A stretch of 60,412 bases of DNA from Octopus bimaculoides (taxonomy: Eukaryota), in assembly GCF_001194135.2 (NCBI RefSeq), contig NC_068983.1:78375014-78435425 (forward strand), given 5' to 3'. Made by a program: the position numbers and the translations under genes. Of this stretch, positions 11,535 to 24,696 are shown in pieces. The notes beneath the pieces are model-generated. The model was given only the letters and a program-made list of their open reading frames with translations, made no database searches and had not been told where the DNA came from. Position 1 is the stretch's first letter. Each line of letters opens with the position of its first letter.

Positions 11535-13397
11535 CTTGATGCTTTTTAAGCTTTGTACAACTAACTGGGTTTTGATTTTGTTGAGTTTGCTAGGGATTGG
11601 AATTTCAAATTCTGAACATCACTGTCCATCTTTGTACATGTAATCATTAGAAAAGAATCTCTAATCAAATAGACATTGAAAATAAAATAAAAGGCTTATA
11701 GAAACAACACATGATAATTAGAAAACATGAAGTTTTACTGTGATTAAAAACAAAAAAATTAATTGCCAGGTTCTGAATCTGTAGCTAAAATGTTTTTTGC
11801 ATTTACTGCATTAGTAGCTGAAATTACTTCTCTGACACCAAACATCTAAAACCAGTTTGTGGCAAACAAATAAATATTATCTGCATGCTAAGATATTTAA
11901 CACAGGGAATGTTAAAAAGTATGCTAGGTTTAACTGTATTTGATGCTTTGTTGATGAGGTCATGGTGATATTGAAACATGCCCAGAGTTATTTTCTATAT
12001 TCAATGAAATAATTAAGATAACATTAGTCATTGAGTAATATTTTGTTTTCTTCACTGCATAATGATTTGTAGTTAACTTTTTAGTGTTACATACATTAAA
12101 TATGGTCACACCATTTTAAGTGTTGTTTTTATTATTTTTTGTGTAAATTGTGTCTGGGTTAATATATTTTTTCCTGGCTAGGTCACTAAAGTGCCAAACA
12201 CTATACTTTGTGATATTTATTTAGTTTACATCCTGAGCATAATTCTCACCGCCATTGACTGGTGAGAGATCACAGAAGAATTAGTAGTATTTTAAGAGTT
12301 GAAAGAAGTTATTATTTAATAAATGAAATTTTATTAATGCTGGAAACTATTAATATTATTAGATCCCACAGCACATTTCACAATATTATTGATTAAAGTA
12401 TGATGTGACAAGATGGAGACTACAGTAAAATATAACCATAATATATTTTGGAAAATATTTGAAAACAAGATTTAATTCAAACACTTGTAAACTTTACAGG
12501 CTGGTTTTAGCCAGCATGCTTTCAACAAAATGGCATTCTTTGAAGGTCAAAAAATGTCAACAAGTGTTGACATTAAAACTAGAGACAGCAGTAGACCAAC
12601 AAACTGAAAATGGGAGCTATATTAAAGCAACAAGATAAGAAGTGGAAGAGACTAATAAATGGTTGGAACCATCAAGGAGAATTTAAGAGATGACCATTTT
12701 GCTGAAACCAAAAAGCAGCAAAATTAATTAGCAGGCATACATGGTCTAAGATAATGGGTGATGTACTGAATGTCAAACCAAAAGAAGATATTTACTTAAT
12801 ACCTAATTAAGTAATTAACTGAAACTTTTCTTTTAATAAGAGAAGGAAAATAGTGCCCTATTAGCAATAGTTAACAACTCCCTAGTAAAGGAGAGATAAT
12901 CTCAAGAAATTAAGACTTAATTTCTCAAAGTTGATTTAAATCCTTAGGGAAAAGTTTGATTCTTGTTAGCAGGCAAGGGACAACTCTGCACATATTTTGT
13001 TCCGTTAGACCTTATCAGGACAGTAGTCATCTCAAGCCTGCTTTTCAGCTGAAAAGAAATGTTTACTTAGAAAAAACGCAATGAATAATTTTTATCAACT
13101 ATTATTTGTTTAATTAAAATAAAGTGAGCTAAGGGTAATGGGATATTATACAAAGAAATGGAGGCTCCTTAAAACATTGCAAAATGGATAAACTGCATGA
13201 CGTTTGTAGGGATTTCAAGAACATTTCATTACAGTGAGGTATGTACATGAGAAAACACTTCTTTAACATTCTTGTCTATTTTTATAATGAATGCAAAATT
13301 GGCATGTCTATTTTTAACACTGCACCCGATTAAAGCCATTAATTTCATTGAACATAATGTTGCATCTAGTTAGACCCACATTAACTTGGGAGATATA

Positions 13398-13625
13398 TCA
13401 TCATCACCATCATCATTCTCATCATCATCATCATCATCATCATCTAGCATCCATATTCAGTGCTGACATGGGTTGGAAGGCCTGACAGGATCCAGCAAGC
13501 TGCAGTGCTGCACCAAGCTCTAGTGTTAGCTTTGGCAAGTTTCAATAGATGGATGCCCTTTCAACCACTTAACAGTGTGTATTGGGTGCTTTTTTTCTTC
13601 ATGCCACATACACCACTGAAGTTGC
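13398..13625 (-). mobile_element. RTE-type 3' tail repeat
   Basis: (CAT)n then ATGGGTTGGAAGG...GGATGCCCTTTCAACCACT...GGGTGCTTTT. Confidence 0.65.
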
Positions 13626-16600
13626 CAAATAAGTTGCAAGACGGAAAATAGAATGGAAAAGAGGAAATCCCCACTGACTAAGTGGGAGGGCTATTGGTTA
13701 GAGAGAGGTGGCTTTATGCCAGGTGCTGAGAGGCTAAAAGTATGATAGAGGCACACACACAAGTGTCTTGCTATAGAAAAGATACATGGCCACTCCACAT
13801 TATATAAGAGAAGCAGTAACTGGGAAGAAGATGAAAATGCTTTGTAGCACCCTCAGCTTTTTCCCTTTTATTCAAAAGTGTCACCAATGAAGTATTTGAT
13901 TTATTTACAACAAAATCCAATCAGCATCAATGGTTTTTGACATGAAAAACTATCATCTGAGAAAATATGCTCTTTTATGATATTGTATTTGTATTAGCTT
14001 TTGATGACAAAAATGGATTCTGACTTTTGTCATTTAGGTAGGGTATAAAATCTTTTGTGAAAAATCACATCCATGACTAAAACTAATGTATAGGATTTTG
14101 TTACATGTATTAAAAACAGTGAAGCAATGTAGAATACAATTTGCTGGGTATTGTTTTAATTAGAGTAAAAATGACTTGTGTCATCATTTGATCTTTGAAG
14201 ATAATGACCAGTTAGCCATTATCAAAAGCATTCCTATCCAGATGTCATTACCAGAGATTCAGGATATAAAATGTGAGACATTGGTAGAAAATTGCTGGAC
14301 CATGAATTCTCAAAAGAAGTTGTTAGATATGTTTTGACAAAGACTGTCAAATGATGATGGTGATGATAATACATTCTTACAATCAACTGTTCAGAGAAGT
14401 CAAGTGATAAACTTGAACCAGAAAATTTTACAGGAATTATACAAAAGAACACCACCTATACCAGAACACCAATCTTTCTGAGATTAAGATTTGCTTGAAA
14501 GAGTTCAATTAATTTACCAACATTACCATGAAATAAATCATTTAAACTGTGAAACTGTGAGCAACAAGGTCAGAGAGCTTGTAAATTAAAAGAATTCATG
14601 GAATTTGGTGACATAGAAGAAAATGAAATATTTCTCTCTTCTGTCATCAGTTGACATGTACAACATTACACCTCCCAGTAACTGCACCCCCATCTAGATA
14701 CAGTTTGACTACCTTCATCTAAGATGAAATATATAAGCTTTCCTGGAAAACACCCTTAATCAAGATCTTTCTTTCTCATCTTCAACAGTAAGTCAGCAGA
14801 ATAATATTCATAAGGAAATGAACCAGCTAAAATTACCTGACTAACTATTACTCCACATAATGTAGTTAAGCACTCTAGATTCCAACAATTCTTCAAACAA
14901 CATCTCTTTTGTCAAAGAACCATGCCAATACCACTCCGCTGAGAAAATAATTTAAGTACTGAACCCAATAGCTATAAAAAATGCAAGATATTAAAAATCT
15001 GAGGAAATATTCCCTTTTGATTTGGTGGTGGGAAACAGTAACAAAATGCAAGTGATTTTATTAAAAGGATACATTACTCAATAAACTACATCTAGCAATT
15101 GTGGAGCATTGTGGAATATAGAAAAGGAAAGAGAACTTTGTAAACATTAGTAGATGATTTAAAACATATCCAAGTTAAACAGGTGACAACCTGGACATCC
15201 AGTTCGTTGGCAAAAGTTTAGAGATTTGTTTGAGAAAGATGTTGTAGTACCATAGAATCTATATGTGGGCCAGTATTGGAGTAAAGCTGGTATGGTGAGA
15301 TTTGAGGAAAATATGGTTGTTATTACTAACATAAAGACTTTAGCATAGGCTCATGAGTTTCGATTTTTAATAGAAGTGAAATAACCAAGTATTGGACTAG
15401 CAAGTCAAAGAAGTTGAGTTCAAGTCTGTAGTTAGTGTTTTTATGTGTTTCACATCTAATCATTATTGATTGCAAAATTTCTGTAGCTGTTAGATTCTGA
15501 AGATAGTATGTTAACCAAAGACAGACTGGAGAAATTTATCTTTCATTTCCATAACTCCATAAAATCATAATTAATTCCCAGTATCTTATATATTTCATAT
15601 AAATCAGCCTACAAGTGAGCTTCTATGGCGGGAGTGACCAAACTGTCTGATAAGAAGAGCTGTATATGGTATTTTGTTTTTCATTCAAGAGAAGCAACAT
15701 ATATTCTTTAAGTTATAAAAAAGCCATATTGTTTCACCCAGGAAAGTAAATGGATTAAGTTCTAAGTGTTGAAGGAGTTTTTAATTTTGTTTTCACATTT
15801 CTTTTTTACATTCAATCTGGCTGGTAGGATGTTGAAGCTATTCTAAAAGAGCTGTCAGAAATGAATGTTATTGAGAATAATGCAACGTTTTGATTTTACA
15901 AATTTCACCTCAAAAAAAGAGTGATTCACAACAGTAAGTTGTCCCCTAACAGAGAAGAGTCAGAAACTTATTTCCAAGAGATAATGAATTTTGTTTTTTT
16001 ATTGTTAGTGGGATTTCAAAACTCAGGAGTTAAATTTTACATTCAACCTTCAAACACAAAATCCTTCTGCAGTTCAATAAGTTCTGTTATTTATAAAGTA
16101 ATACCCAAAACAAAAGCTGCAAATACAGAGCATCTGTTATTACTACCATCAATAAGAAAATGATTAGCAAGAAATTCAAAGCATATTAGCTTCTTTAGTT
16201 TCTCAAACCTGCTTTCAATATCATCATAAAGTGTATTGCCCCTGCATTTTCACTCTTTACTGTTATGGAAAGGTAGCACATAATCCTAATATTATGTTGG
16301 ATATCACACACTGTAGCTTTGATAACTGCATAAAGCTTATGAGCCACAGTTTGACCACTCAACCTGATAGAAATACCAGCCAAATTCCCTTCAAACCTCA
16401 CTCTACCATCTTAAAAAATAGAAAGGACATACTGGACAATTATGATTAAGTCCATTTATACCAAATGTTGGAATAGTTACAGCTAGAATGTTTTTGATCA
16501 AAGGCCTCTTGAATTAAACAACAACAATGTACTTTATAATGGTTGCCAGAGTAATTTATAAGATATTTATATTTGATTTTATATCCCATTTAGCTATTCC

Positions 16601-17297
16601 ATTAGCTACTAAGATACTTAACAATATAGGCTTAATGATTCTTCATAACTACAGAAATCTTTGTCTGTGGATTTTCAATTGATATGTCATGTACATTTCC
16701 AAAACCTCTTAAGCTAGCTATCTGTATTGTTAGTATGGTTAATCAGTAAATACAACTCATCATAATTAGTACCTTCAAATCAATTATGAATCTTCTGTGA
16801 ATAACTATGTCTCCACTACTAATGAACAATGCATAACTCAATGTCCAACACTCCTTACAAATGCAACCTCTCACAGTTTATGACAACTTCTTTGAGATGC
16901 CCTAACATCACTTTCATAATTATGTCTGCATCTCAAAAGCTCAACCCATTTTACAGAAAAGGCCACAGAACAAAAACCATGAATATATGTTTCAAGTCAC
17001 AGTTCTCTTCAATCTCAGATTAATTATTACGTTTATGTTTTATGAGATTAAAATTAAAACCTTAGTTGTCAATAACATATATATGTAAATATGAATTTCC
17101 AAATTAGATTGGTAAGGATATAAAATCCTAGTGGGTACTGTATTTACTTTTACCAGTTAATAATGCTGACTAACCTCTGTGAGTGTAGAAAAACTCTAGT
17201 TTGTTATTTTACTATCCTCAGTACTCAGTAGATCTTCACATCGGTAAATCTATATGTCTCTACAGAGACTGCATGTTGTTGGTAGAGAAGAAATATA

Positions 17298-17641
17298 TTA
17301 TTATTATTATTCAGTAGTTTTATTTTTATAACGTGCTTTCACTTCACTACCGAGCGCAGCTCTGTGCGCCTTGGGTATGTGCTGTGGTTTGCTGTGGTGC
17401 TCTTATGTTTACTGTATTGAAAGTGTTTTGCGTAGAATGTGTGCAGTACCCAGTAGTGCAATTTTCTGTATGTTATATATATTTGTAAGTCCTGCTATTT
17501 TTGTTATGTATTTGTCTGAATATTTTTTTATTATACCTAAGGCACCTACTATGATAGGAATTGTTTGTTTTTAGATTCCACATTCGAGTTATCTCTATTT
17601 CCAGGTCTTTGTATTTTGAAAGTTTTTCCATTTCTTTTAGA
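17298..17641 (-). mobile_element. Dong/R4-clade LINE 3' end (restriction-like endonuclease C-terminus), running into a gap
   Basis: Minus strand gives LKEMEKLSKYKDLEIEITRMWNLKT / TIPIIVGALGIIKKYSDKYITKIAGLTNIYNIQKIALLGTAHILRKTLSIQ* with one frameshift, then a short 3' UTR and a (TAA)n tail. Confidence 0.85.
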
Positions 17642-18537
17642 NNNNNNNNNNNNNNNNNNNNNNNNNNNNNNNNNNNNNNNNNNNNNNNNNNNNNNNNNNN
17701 NNNNNNNNNNNNNNNNNNNNNNNNNNNNNNNNNNNNNNNNNNNNNNNNNNNNNNNNNNNNNNNNNNNNNNNNNNNNNNNNNNNNNNNNNNNNNNNNNNNN
17801 NNNNNNNNNNNNNNNNNNNNNNNNNNNNNNNNNNNNNNNNNNNNNNNNNNNNNNNNNNNNNNNNNNNNNNNNNNNNNNNNNNNNNNNNNNNNNNNNNNNN
17901 NNNNNNNNNNNNNNNNNNNNNNNNNNNNNNNNNNNNNNNNNNNNNNNNNNNNNNNNNNNNNNNNNNNNNNNNNNNNNNNNNNNNNNNNNNNNNNNNNNNN
18001 NNNNNNNNNNNNNNNNNNNNNNNNNNNNNNNNNNNNNNNNNNNNNNNNNNNNNNNNNNNNNNNNNNNNNNNNNNNNNNNNNNNNNNNNNNNNNNNNNNNN
18101 NNNNNNNNNNNNNNNNNNNNNNNNNNNNNNNNNNNNNNNNNNNNNNNNNNNNNNNNNNNNNNNNNNNNNNNNNNNNNNNNNNNNNNNNNNNNNNNNNNNN
18201 NNNNNNNNNNNNNNNNNNNNNNNNNNNNNNNNNNNNNNNNNNNNNNNNNNNNNNNNNNNNNNNNNNNNNNNNNNNNNNNNNNNNNNNNNNNNNNNNNNNN
18301 NNNNNNNNNNNNNNNNNNNNNNNNNNNNNNNNNNNNNNNNNNNNNNNNNNNNNNNNNNNNNNNNNNNNNNNNNNNNNNNNNNNNNNNNNNNNNNNNNNNN
18401 NNNNNNNNNNNNNNNNNNNNNNNNNNNNNNNNNNNNNNNNNNNNNNNNNNNNNNNNNNNNNNNNNNNNNNNNNNNNNNNNNNNNNNNNNNNNNNNNNNNN
18501 NNNNNNNNNNNNNNNNNNNNNNNNNNNNNNNNNNNNN

Positions 18538-18598
18538 ATTATTATTATTATTATTATTATTGTTGTTATTATTATTATTATTATTGTTATTATTATTG

Positions 18599-18636
<38 letters not shown>

Positions 18637-18775
18637 GTTGTTATTATTATTGTTATTATTATTATTATTATTATTATTGGTGTTGTTGTTGTTGTTATTA
18701 TTATTATTGTTGTTGTTATTGTTATTATTATTATTGTTGTTATTGTTATTATTATTATTATCATTATTATTATTA
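18538..18775. repeat. (ATT/GTT)n compound trinucleotide microsatellite
   Basis: About 240 bp of ATT interspersed with GTT, directly after the gap. Confidence 0.95.
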
Positions 18776-19206
18776 TATCTTCTCTATATGTAAATATATA
18801 TTTGTGTGTGTGTATGTCAGTGTGTGTGTATGTGTGTATACGTGTGTGTATGCATAAAGAATGTTATTATTTAAAAGCACTCAGAAGAATAACAATTAGA
18901 CATTTACTGGTGATGTAACTCTATATAGAGAGTAGAGAATTTCACAATGCATTCATATATACAGTTGGCTTCAGAAAGTTCTCCCTTGTTTTACATAATA
19001 GCTATTGGTGTGGCTCTAAGGAAAGTAGGCAGATGGCAAGAGTGTCATTACATTTTGTGCTTTCTTTTTAGTTATCCTCATGGTTTAAACCAGTGCACAC
19101 TAAAGCCTTTAGTGTTGAAACCTTTATCAAGAATGATAAAGCTGACATTTTTTTGTGCATTCTACATACATATATACAGACAAACAGTTAGCTGGACGGA
19201 TGGATG

Positions 19207-19288
<82 letters not shown>

Positions 19289-19504
19289 CATATATATAAT
19301 ATATATATATATTAGTTTATGTATATATTAATATTATCTCAGTTTTAAAAAAATTTGACAATGTAAATATGTTAATAGTTACCATGGGTAGCAAAAATTA
19401 CACAAAAAACCAGGATATCACTCCCGTTTTATAGGTAGAGATACCAAGTTGAAGTGATGCATTTTGAGTAGATATGAATAATAACAATAAATGGAGCAAA
19501 CCGC

Positions 19505-19548
<44 letters not shown>

Positions 19549-19572
19549 CTGTTCTTATTTTAACTCATGTCA

Positions 19573-19704
19573 ATTGTCCAGAAATCTCTCATCACACATC
19601 TGTGACCTCATCAGTGACACTTCCCGTCTTCATGTATACATAAAAGAGAACTGAAGGTGTCACTGAAGAGGTCACAGATGTGTGACAACAGATTTCCAGA
19701 CAAT
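19573..19704. repeat. Long imperfect inverted repeat (hairpin)
   Basis: 19592-19620 pairs with 19657-19685 at 28/29, and 19573-19587 pairs with 19690-19704 at 13/15. Confidence 0.9.
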
Positions 19705-19844
19705 GGAAATGAGTTAAAATAAGAACAATAATAAATGAGTGAAGAACGTATATATATATATATATATATATGTTTATTTAACAAAAAAAAAAATGACCAT
19801 ACACACACACACATATGTAACAGTAAGAATGTTACCAGATGCCT

Positions 19845-19878
<34 letters not shown>

Positions 19879-21924
19879 ATAAATAAATTCAAAAAAGGAG
19901 AAAACTCTTTTATAAGAATTTTATGAAGAAGCCAGTGTGTAAAAAAAATTCATAAGGGAAATTTCTATTCCCAAGAATATAATTATTCATTTATATTTAT
20001 ATAAAGGGTATTATTACAAAAAAANNNNNNNNNNNNNNNNNNNNNNNNNNNNNNNNNNNNNNNNNNNNNNNNNNNNNNNNNNNNNNNNNNNNNNNNNNNN
20101 NNNNNNNNNNNNNNNNNNNNNNNNNNNNNNNNNNNNNNNNNNNNNNNNNNNNNNNNNNNNNNNNNNNNNNNNNNNNNNNNNNNNNNNNNNNNNNNNNNNN
20201 NNNNNNNNNNNNNNNNNNNNNNNNNNNNNNNNNNNNNNNNNNNNNNNNNNNNNNNNNNNNNNNNNNNNNNNNNNNNNNNNNNNNNNNNNNNNNNNNNNNN
20301 NNNNNNNNNNNNNNNNNNNNNNNNNNNNNNNNNNNNNNNNNNNNNNNNNNNNNNNNNNNNNNNNNNNNNNNNNNNNNNNNNNNNNNNNNNNNNNNNNNNN
20401 NNNNNNNNNNNNNNNNNNNNNNNNNNNNNNNNNNNNNNNNNNNNNNNNNNNNNNNNNNNNNNNNNNNNNNNNNNNNNNNNNNNNNNNNNNNNNNNNNNNN
20501 NNNNNNNNNNNNNNNNNNNNNNNNNNNNNNNNNNNNNNNNNNNNNNNNNNNNNNNNNNNNNNNNNNNNNNNNNNNNNNNNNNNNNNNNNNNNNNNNNNNN
20601 NNNNNNNNNNNNNNNNNNNNNNNNNNNNNNNNNNNNNNNNNNNNNNNNNNNNNNNNNNNNNNNNNNNNNNNNNNNNNNNNNNNNNNNNNNNNNNNNNNNN
20701 NNNNNNNNNNNNNNNNNNNNNNNNNNNNNNNNNNNNNNNNNNNNNNNNNNNNNNNNNNNNNNNNNNNNNNNNNNNNNNNNNNNNNNNNNNNNNNNNNNNN
20801 NNNNNNNNNNNNNNNNNNNNNNNNNNNNNNNNNNNNNNNNNNNNNNNNNNNNNNNNNNNNNNNNNNNNNNNNNNNNNNNNNNNNNNNNNNNNNNNNNNNN
20901 NNNNNNNNNNNNNNNNNNNNNNNNNNNNNNNNNNNNNNNNNNNNNNTATATATATATATATATATACTATTTTATAGATATTGTTATTAATTAACAATAC
21001 TCGTAGACAGGCTAGAATTGAAGTGCTCAAATTGAGCTAAGTTCCAATTTATAATTTGAGTGGAGGCAATACAAGCAGAAAACTAGAGGAACATGACTTA
21101 TTATCCACCAGAATATTCAATATATATGCACGCTAACTTTGACATTAATAAAGCGACATCAAGTTCAACTTGATAGAAGTATTAATAACATACAAGCATA
21201 TAGACATCTATATATTTTTATAAGCCTGCAAATATCTAAAATATTTAAAATCATTTATAAATACATAGGCATTTAAAAAAATATATAAGTAAAATAAATA
21301 CAAAATATATACATAATAAGATATAAAAGCATCAATATTATATAAGACATAGTGAATTATAAATTCATATGATATACTATAGAGAAATTAAAATTTAGAG
21401 GTCACAACACAAGCACATAAATTATTTAAAAACACTTAGATATTCAAAAATATATAAAAACATTCATAAATACATAGGCATTTTAAAATAGAAGACGTCG
21501 ACATGAGATTGGATATGGTAAAAAATAAGCTCATAGGATATGTTACAAGGACTAAAGATTTCAAGTTACAACACAAAGCATGTGGAAAGTAGAAAGTCAG
21601 ACATTTTAAAGCATTAAACAGACACACTAAAATTAGAGACAATGTTCAATGGATCCAAAAGTTTTATCGACAGGCCGTTTCGGAGATGTATCAGTTAATA
21701 TGATATGAATTTCATATTTTAAAGGAAGCAGACACTCCCCTTGTCAGGATACTCCATGCCACGAAAGACACCATTAAGACAATACAGAAAAGGACAACTA
21801 ACATAATCACATTCCAGCATATACATACATACATACATACATACATAGGAACAGGAGGAGGAACAGGGGATGAACAGAAAGAGGAGAAAGAGAAAGAGAA
21901 GATGAAGGAGATGGAGATGGAAGA

Positions 21925-22090
21925 GGGTATATGTTGATGCCATAAAGAAAAAGGTATCCACTACACTCCTTAAAGTGGGAAATGCAGCCAGTGGAAACAC
22001 TGGAGCAGCACATGGCTCTCTGACCCATTGGCTCCCGTCAAATCATTCAGCTCATACCATCATCAATAGCTGACATAAAAATAATGATGA
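21925..22090 (+). mobile_element. RTE-type 3' tail repeat, degenerate
   Basis: CCACTACACTCC...GTCAAATCATTCAGCTCATACC...ACATAAAAATAATGATGA resembles the other RTE tails. Confidence 0.55.
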
Positions 22091-23307
22091 TATAGTACTG
22101 GTTTGATTCAGGTTGATAGACCCAGAGCTGCAAGATTGGCCTTGTGTTCAGAGAAAAGAAATCAATATCATTCTTATCCCCCAAACTTTAGGCTTAATGA
22201 AATGTGATTCAGATTTATTTATTGGCAGAATTAATGTGTCAGTGATAAAAGTGCCAGTGTTAGATTGTATAATTGATGAGCTAATTGCATGGTTATATTT
22301 CTAATATCAGTTATTACTACTGTGGAAATGACTGACCGGACTGTCAATTAGATCATATATATTTATATTTACACTACATTTTGAGGAGTGTTTTCTCCTG
22401 ATTCCTTTCAAATGTCTTAATTTTACCCACACACACATACACATCCAGACACACACATACATACACACACATACACATTCTCCATCACATGAACATACAC
22501 ACAAATATTCTCTGTCTTTCTTTCTCTCTCACACAATCACAGTCTTTTAANNNNNNNNNNNNNNNNNNNNNNNNNNNNNNNNNNNNNNNNNNNNNNNNNN
22601 NNNNNNNNNNNNNNNNNNNNNNNNNNNNNNNNNNNNNNNNNNNNNNNNNNNNNNNNNNNNNNNNNNNNNNNNNNNNNNNNNNCACACAAATATTCTCTGT
22701 CTTTCTTTCTCTCTCACACAATCACAGTCTTTTAACACTTAAGTTTGAACTAGTAGGAATTTGTTGAAAGTCACACATAAGTCTCCAGTAGAAATGTGCC
22801 AGACTATGGAAATGCCTGTATACAACATTATAATGACTGGCTGTTATGAAGAAAGAAATCTATTAAAATGGTGTGTCAATAAAAAATGAAAAATATAATT
22901 AACAATCTGAACCAAAATCTTTAAATCGTTTTACTTGTTTCAGTCATTAAAGTGCACCCATGCTGGGGCACACCTTTGAAGAATTTTTGCTAAATGAATC
23001 GACCCCCAGTAATTTTTTCTCTTTTTTAAGCTCAGTTTCATTTAAGCAGTCTCTTATACTGAGCCACTCAGTTACAGGTACATAAGTGCACCAACACCAG
23101 TTGTCAAGCAGTGGTCGGAGACAAACATAAACACAAATACATGTGCGCGCGCACACACACACACACACGCGCATACACACACACACACACATACACAGAA
23201 AGTAGGATACAGTATCCATTTATAAACATTTAATAGACTTGGTAGTATATAATTGGAGCAAAACAATATACAGTGTCCCTACCAGCAATTAATATAATAT
23301 ATATATA

Positions 23308-23700
23308 GGCACTTGAGTGGCTGTGTGGTATGAAGCTTGTTTCCCAACCACATGGTTCTGGGTTCAGTCCCACTGCATGGCACCTTGGGCAAGTGTCATT
23401 TACTATAACCTCAAGATGGCCAAAGCCTTGTGAGTGGATTTGATAGACAGAAACTGAAAGAAGCTTGTCATATATGTGTGTGTGTGTGTATTTGTATGTC
23501 TGTGTTTGTCTCCCCACCATTGCTTAACAACCGATGTTGTGTGTTTATGTCCCCGTAACTTAGCAGTTTGGCAAAAGAGATCGATCAAATAAGTACTAGG
23601 CTTACACAGAATAAGTCTTGGGGTTGATTTGTTTGACTAAAGGCAGTGCTACAGCATGACCACAGTCAAATGGCTGAGACAAGTTAAAAATAAAAGAACA
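23308..23700 (+). mobile_element. tRNA-derived SINE family A, full length
   Basis: TGGCTGTGTGG A box, GGTTCAGTCCC B box, CACCTTGGGCAAGTG core and the same body and tail as 5365-5765. Confidence 0.85.
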
Positions 23701-23708
23701 TATATATA

Positions 23709-24065
23709 TCATCATCATCATCATCATCATTTAACGTCTGCTTTCCATGCTAGCATGGGTTGGATGATTTGACTGAGGACTGGCGAACCAGATGGCTGCA
23801 CCAGGCTCCAATCTGATCTGGCAGAGTTTCTACAGCTGGATGCCCTTCCTAATGCCAACCACTCTGAGAGTGTAGTGGGTGCTTTTTGACATGGGTTGGA
23901 CAGTTTTACCACAACCAGTTAGGCTATGGGCTGCACCAGGTTCCATTGTCTGTTCTGGCATGGTTTCTGTAGCTGCAAGCCCTTCTTAACGTCAACCACT
24001 CCATAGAGTGTACTGGGTGCTTTTAATATGGCACCAGCACCAGTGCTTTTCCCTCGGCACCACCA
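23709..24065 (-). mobile_element. RTE-type 3' tail repeat
   Basis: (CAT)n-TTAACGTCTGCTTTCCATGCTAGCATGGGTTGG...GGATGCCCTTCCTAATGCCAACCACTC. Confidence 0.8.
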
Positions 24066-24107
24066 CTGGTATCAATTTTGCTGCAATGGGTGAGTCAAGA
24101 GTGCATT

Positions 24108-24250
24108 CTTTTCAGTTTCTATCGACCAAATCTACTTGCAAAGACTAGGTTGGCCCAAGGTTATAGTGGCAGATACTTTCCCAATGTGCCATGCAGTGGA
24201 ACTGAACCTAGAACCATGTGGATCGGAAGCAAACTTCTTACCACACAGTC
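24108..24250 (-). mobile_element. SINE family A 5' half
   Basis: Reverse complement of the family A head and core. A similar half copy lies at 26033-26185. Confidence 0.7.
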
Positions 24251-24291
24251 AAGCTAAAATTCTTTTAGCTGCTAAGTTAGTGTTAACATAG

Positions 24292-24495
24292 TTACCTCTT
24301 TAGCATTCAGATTATTCTGTCAGATGTAATGTTTATTTTATTCACATTGTTTTGAATTTATTAGTTTTGAGACTGATTGTTTATTTTTAGAGTGACATTG
24401 AAGAGTACGTGTGAGGGGTCTGATCTGGCCAGTTTAAACATAAACCAGGTGGAATATTTGAGCTGGATTTTGCCAGTTTAAATGTTGAAGATTAA
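24292..24495. mobile_element. Degenerate TTAA-bounded MITE-like repeat (second copy inverted at about 31070-31309)
   Basis: Termini TTACCTCTTTAGCATT and AATGTTGAAGATTAA. The internal sequence is the reverse complement of 31070-31309, which ends AATGTTAAAGGGTTAA. Confidence 0.5.
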
Positions 24496-24696
24496 AATGT
24501 ATGGAGACATTAAGAGTTTAACTTGAATAATTGTTGGTGAAGAAAAAATATTAGTTAATGATTTTTGAATAATTGTTGGTGAAGAAAAAATATTAGTTAA
24601 TGATTTTTGAATAATTATTTTGAATAATTTTGGCATGTATGAAAGTGTTGGATTGGAAATACCATGGATAAAAAACACACCAATATTATGATGCAT

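Noticed and set aside
9500-11700. Low-complexity tract resembling a long minus-strand 3' UTR
   Set aside because: Impression only: no terminal coding exon or poly(A) site can be tied to it.
13041-13056. 16-bp palindrome CTTTTCAGCTGAAAAG giving acceptor-like sites on both strands
   Set aside because: Downstream frames give only short unrecognisable peptides and no good donor. One such palindrome in 60 kb of AT-rich DNA is weak evidence.
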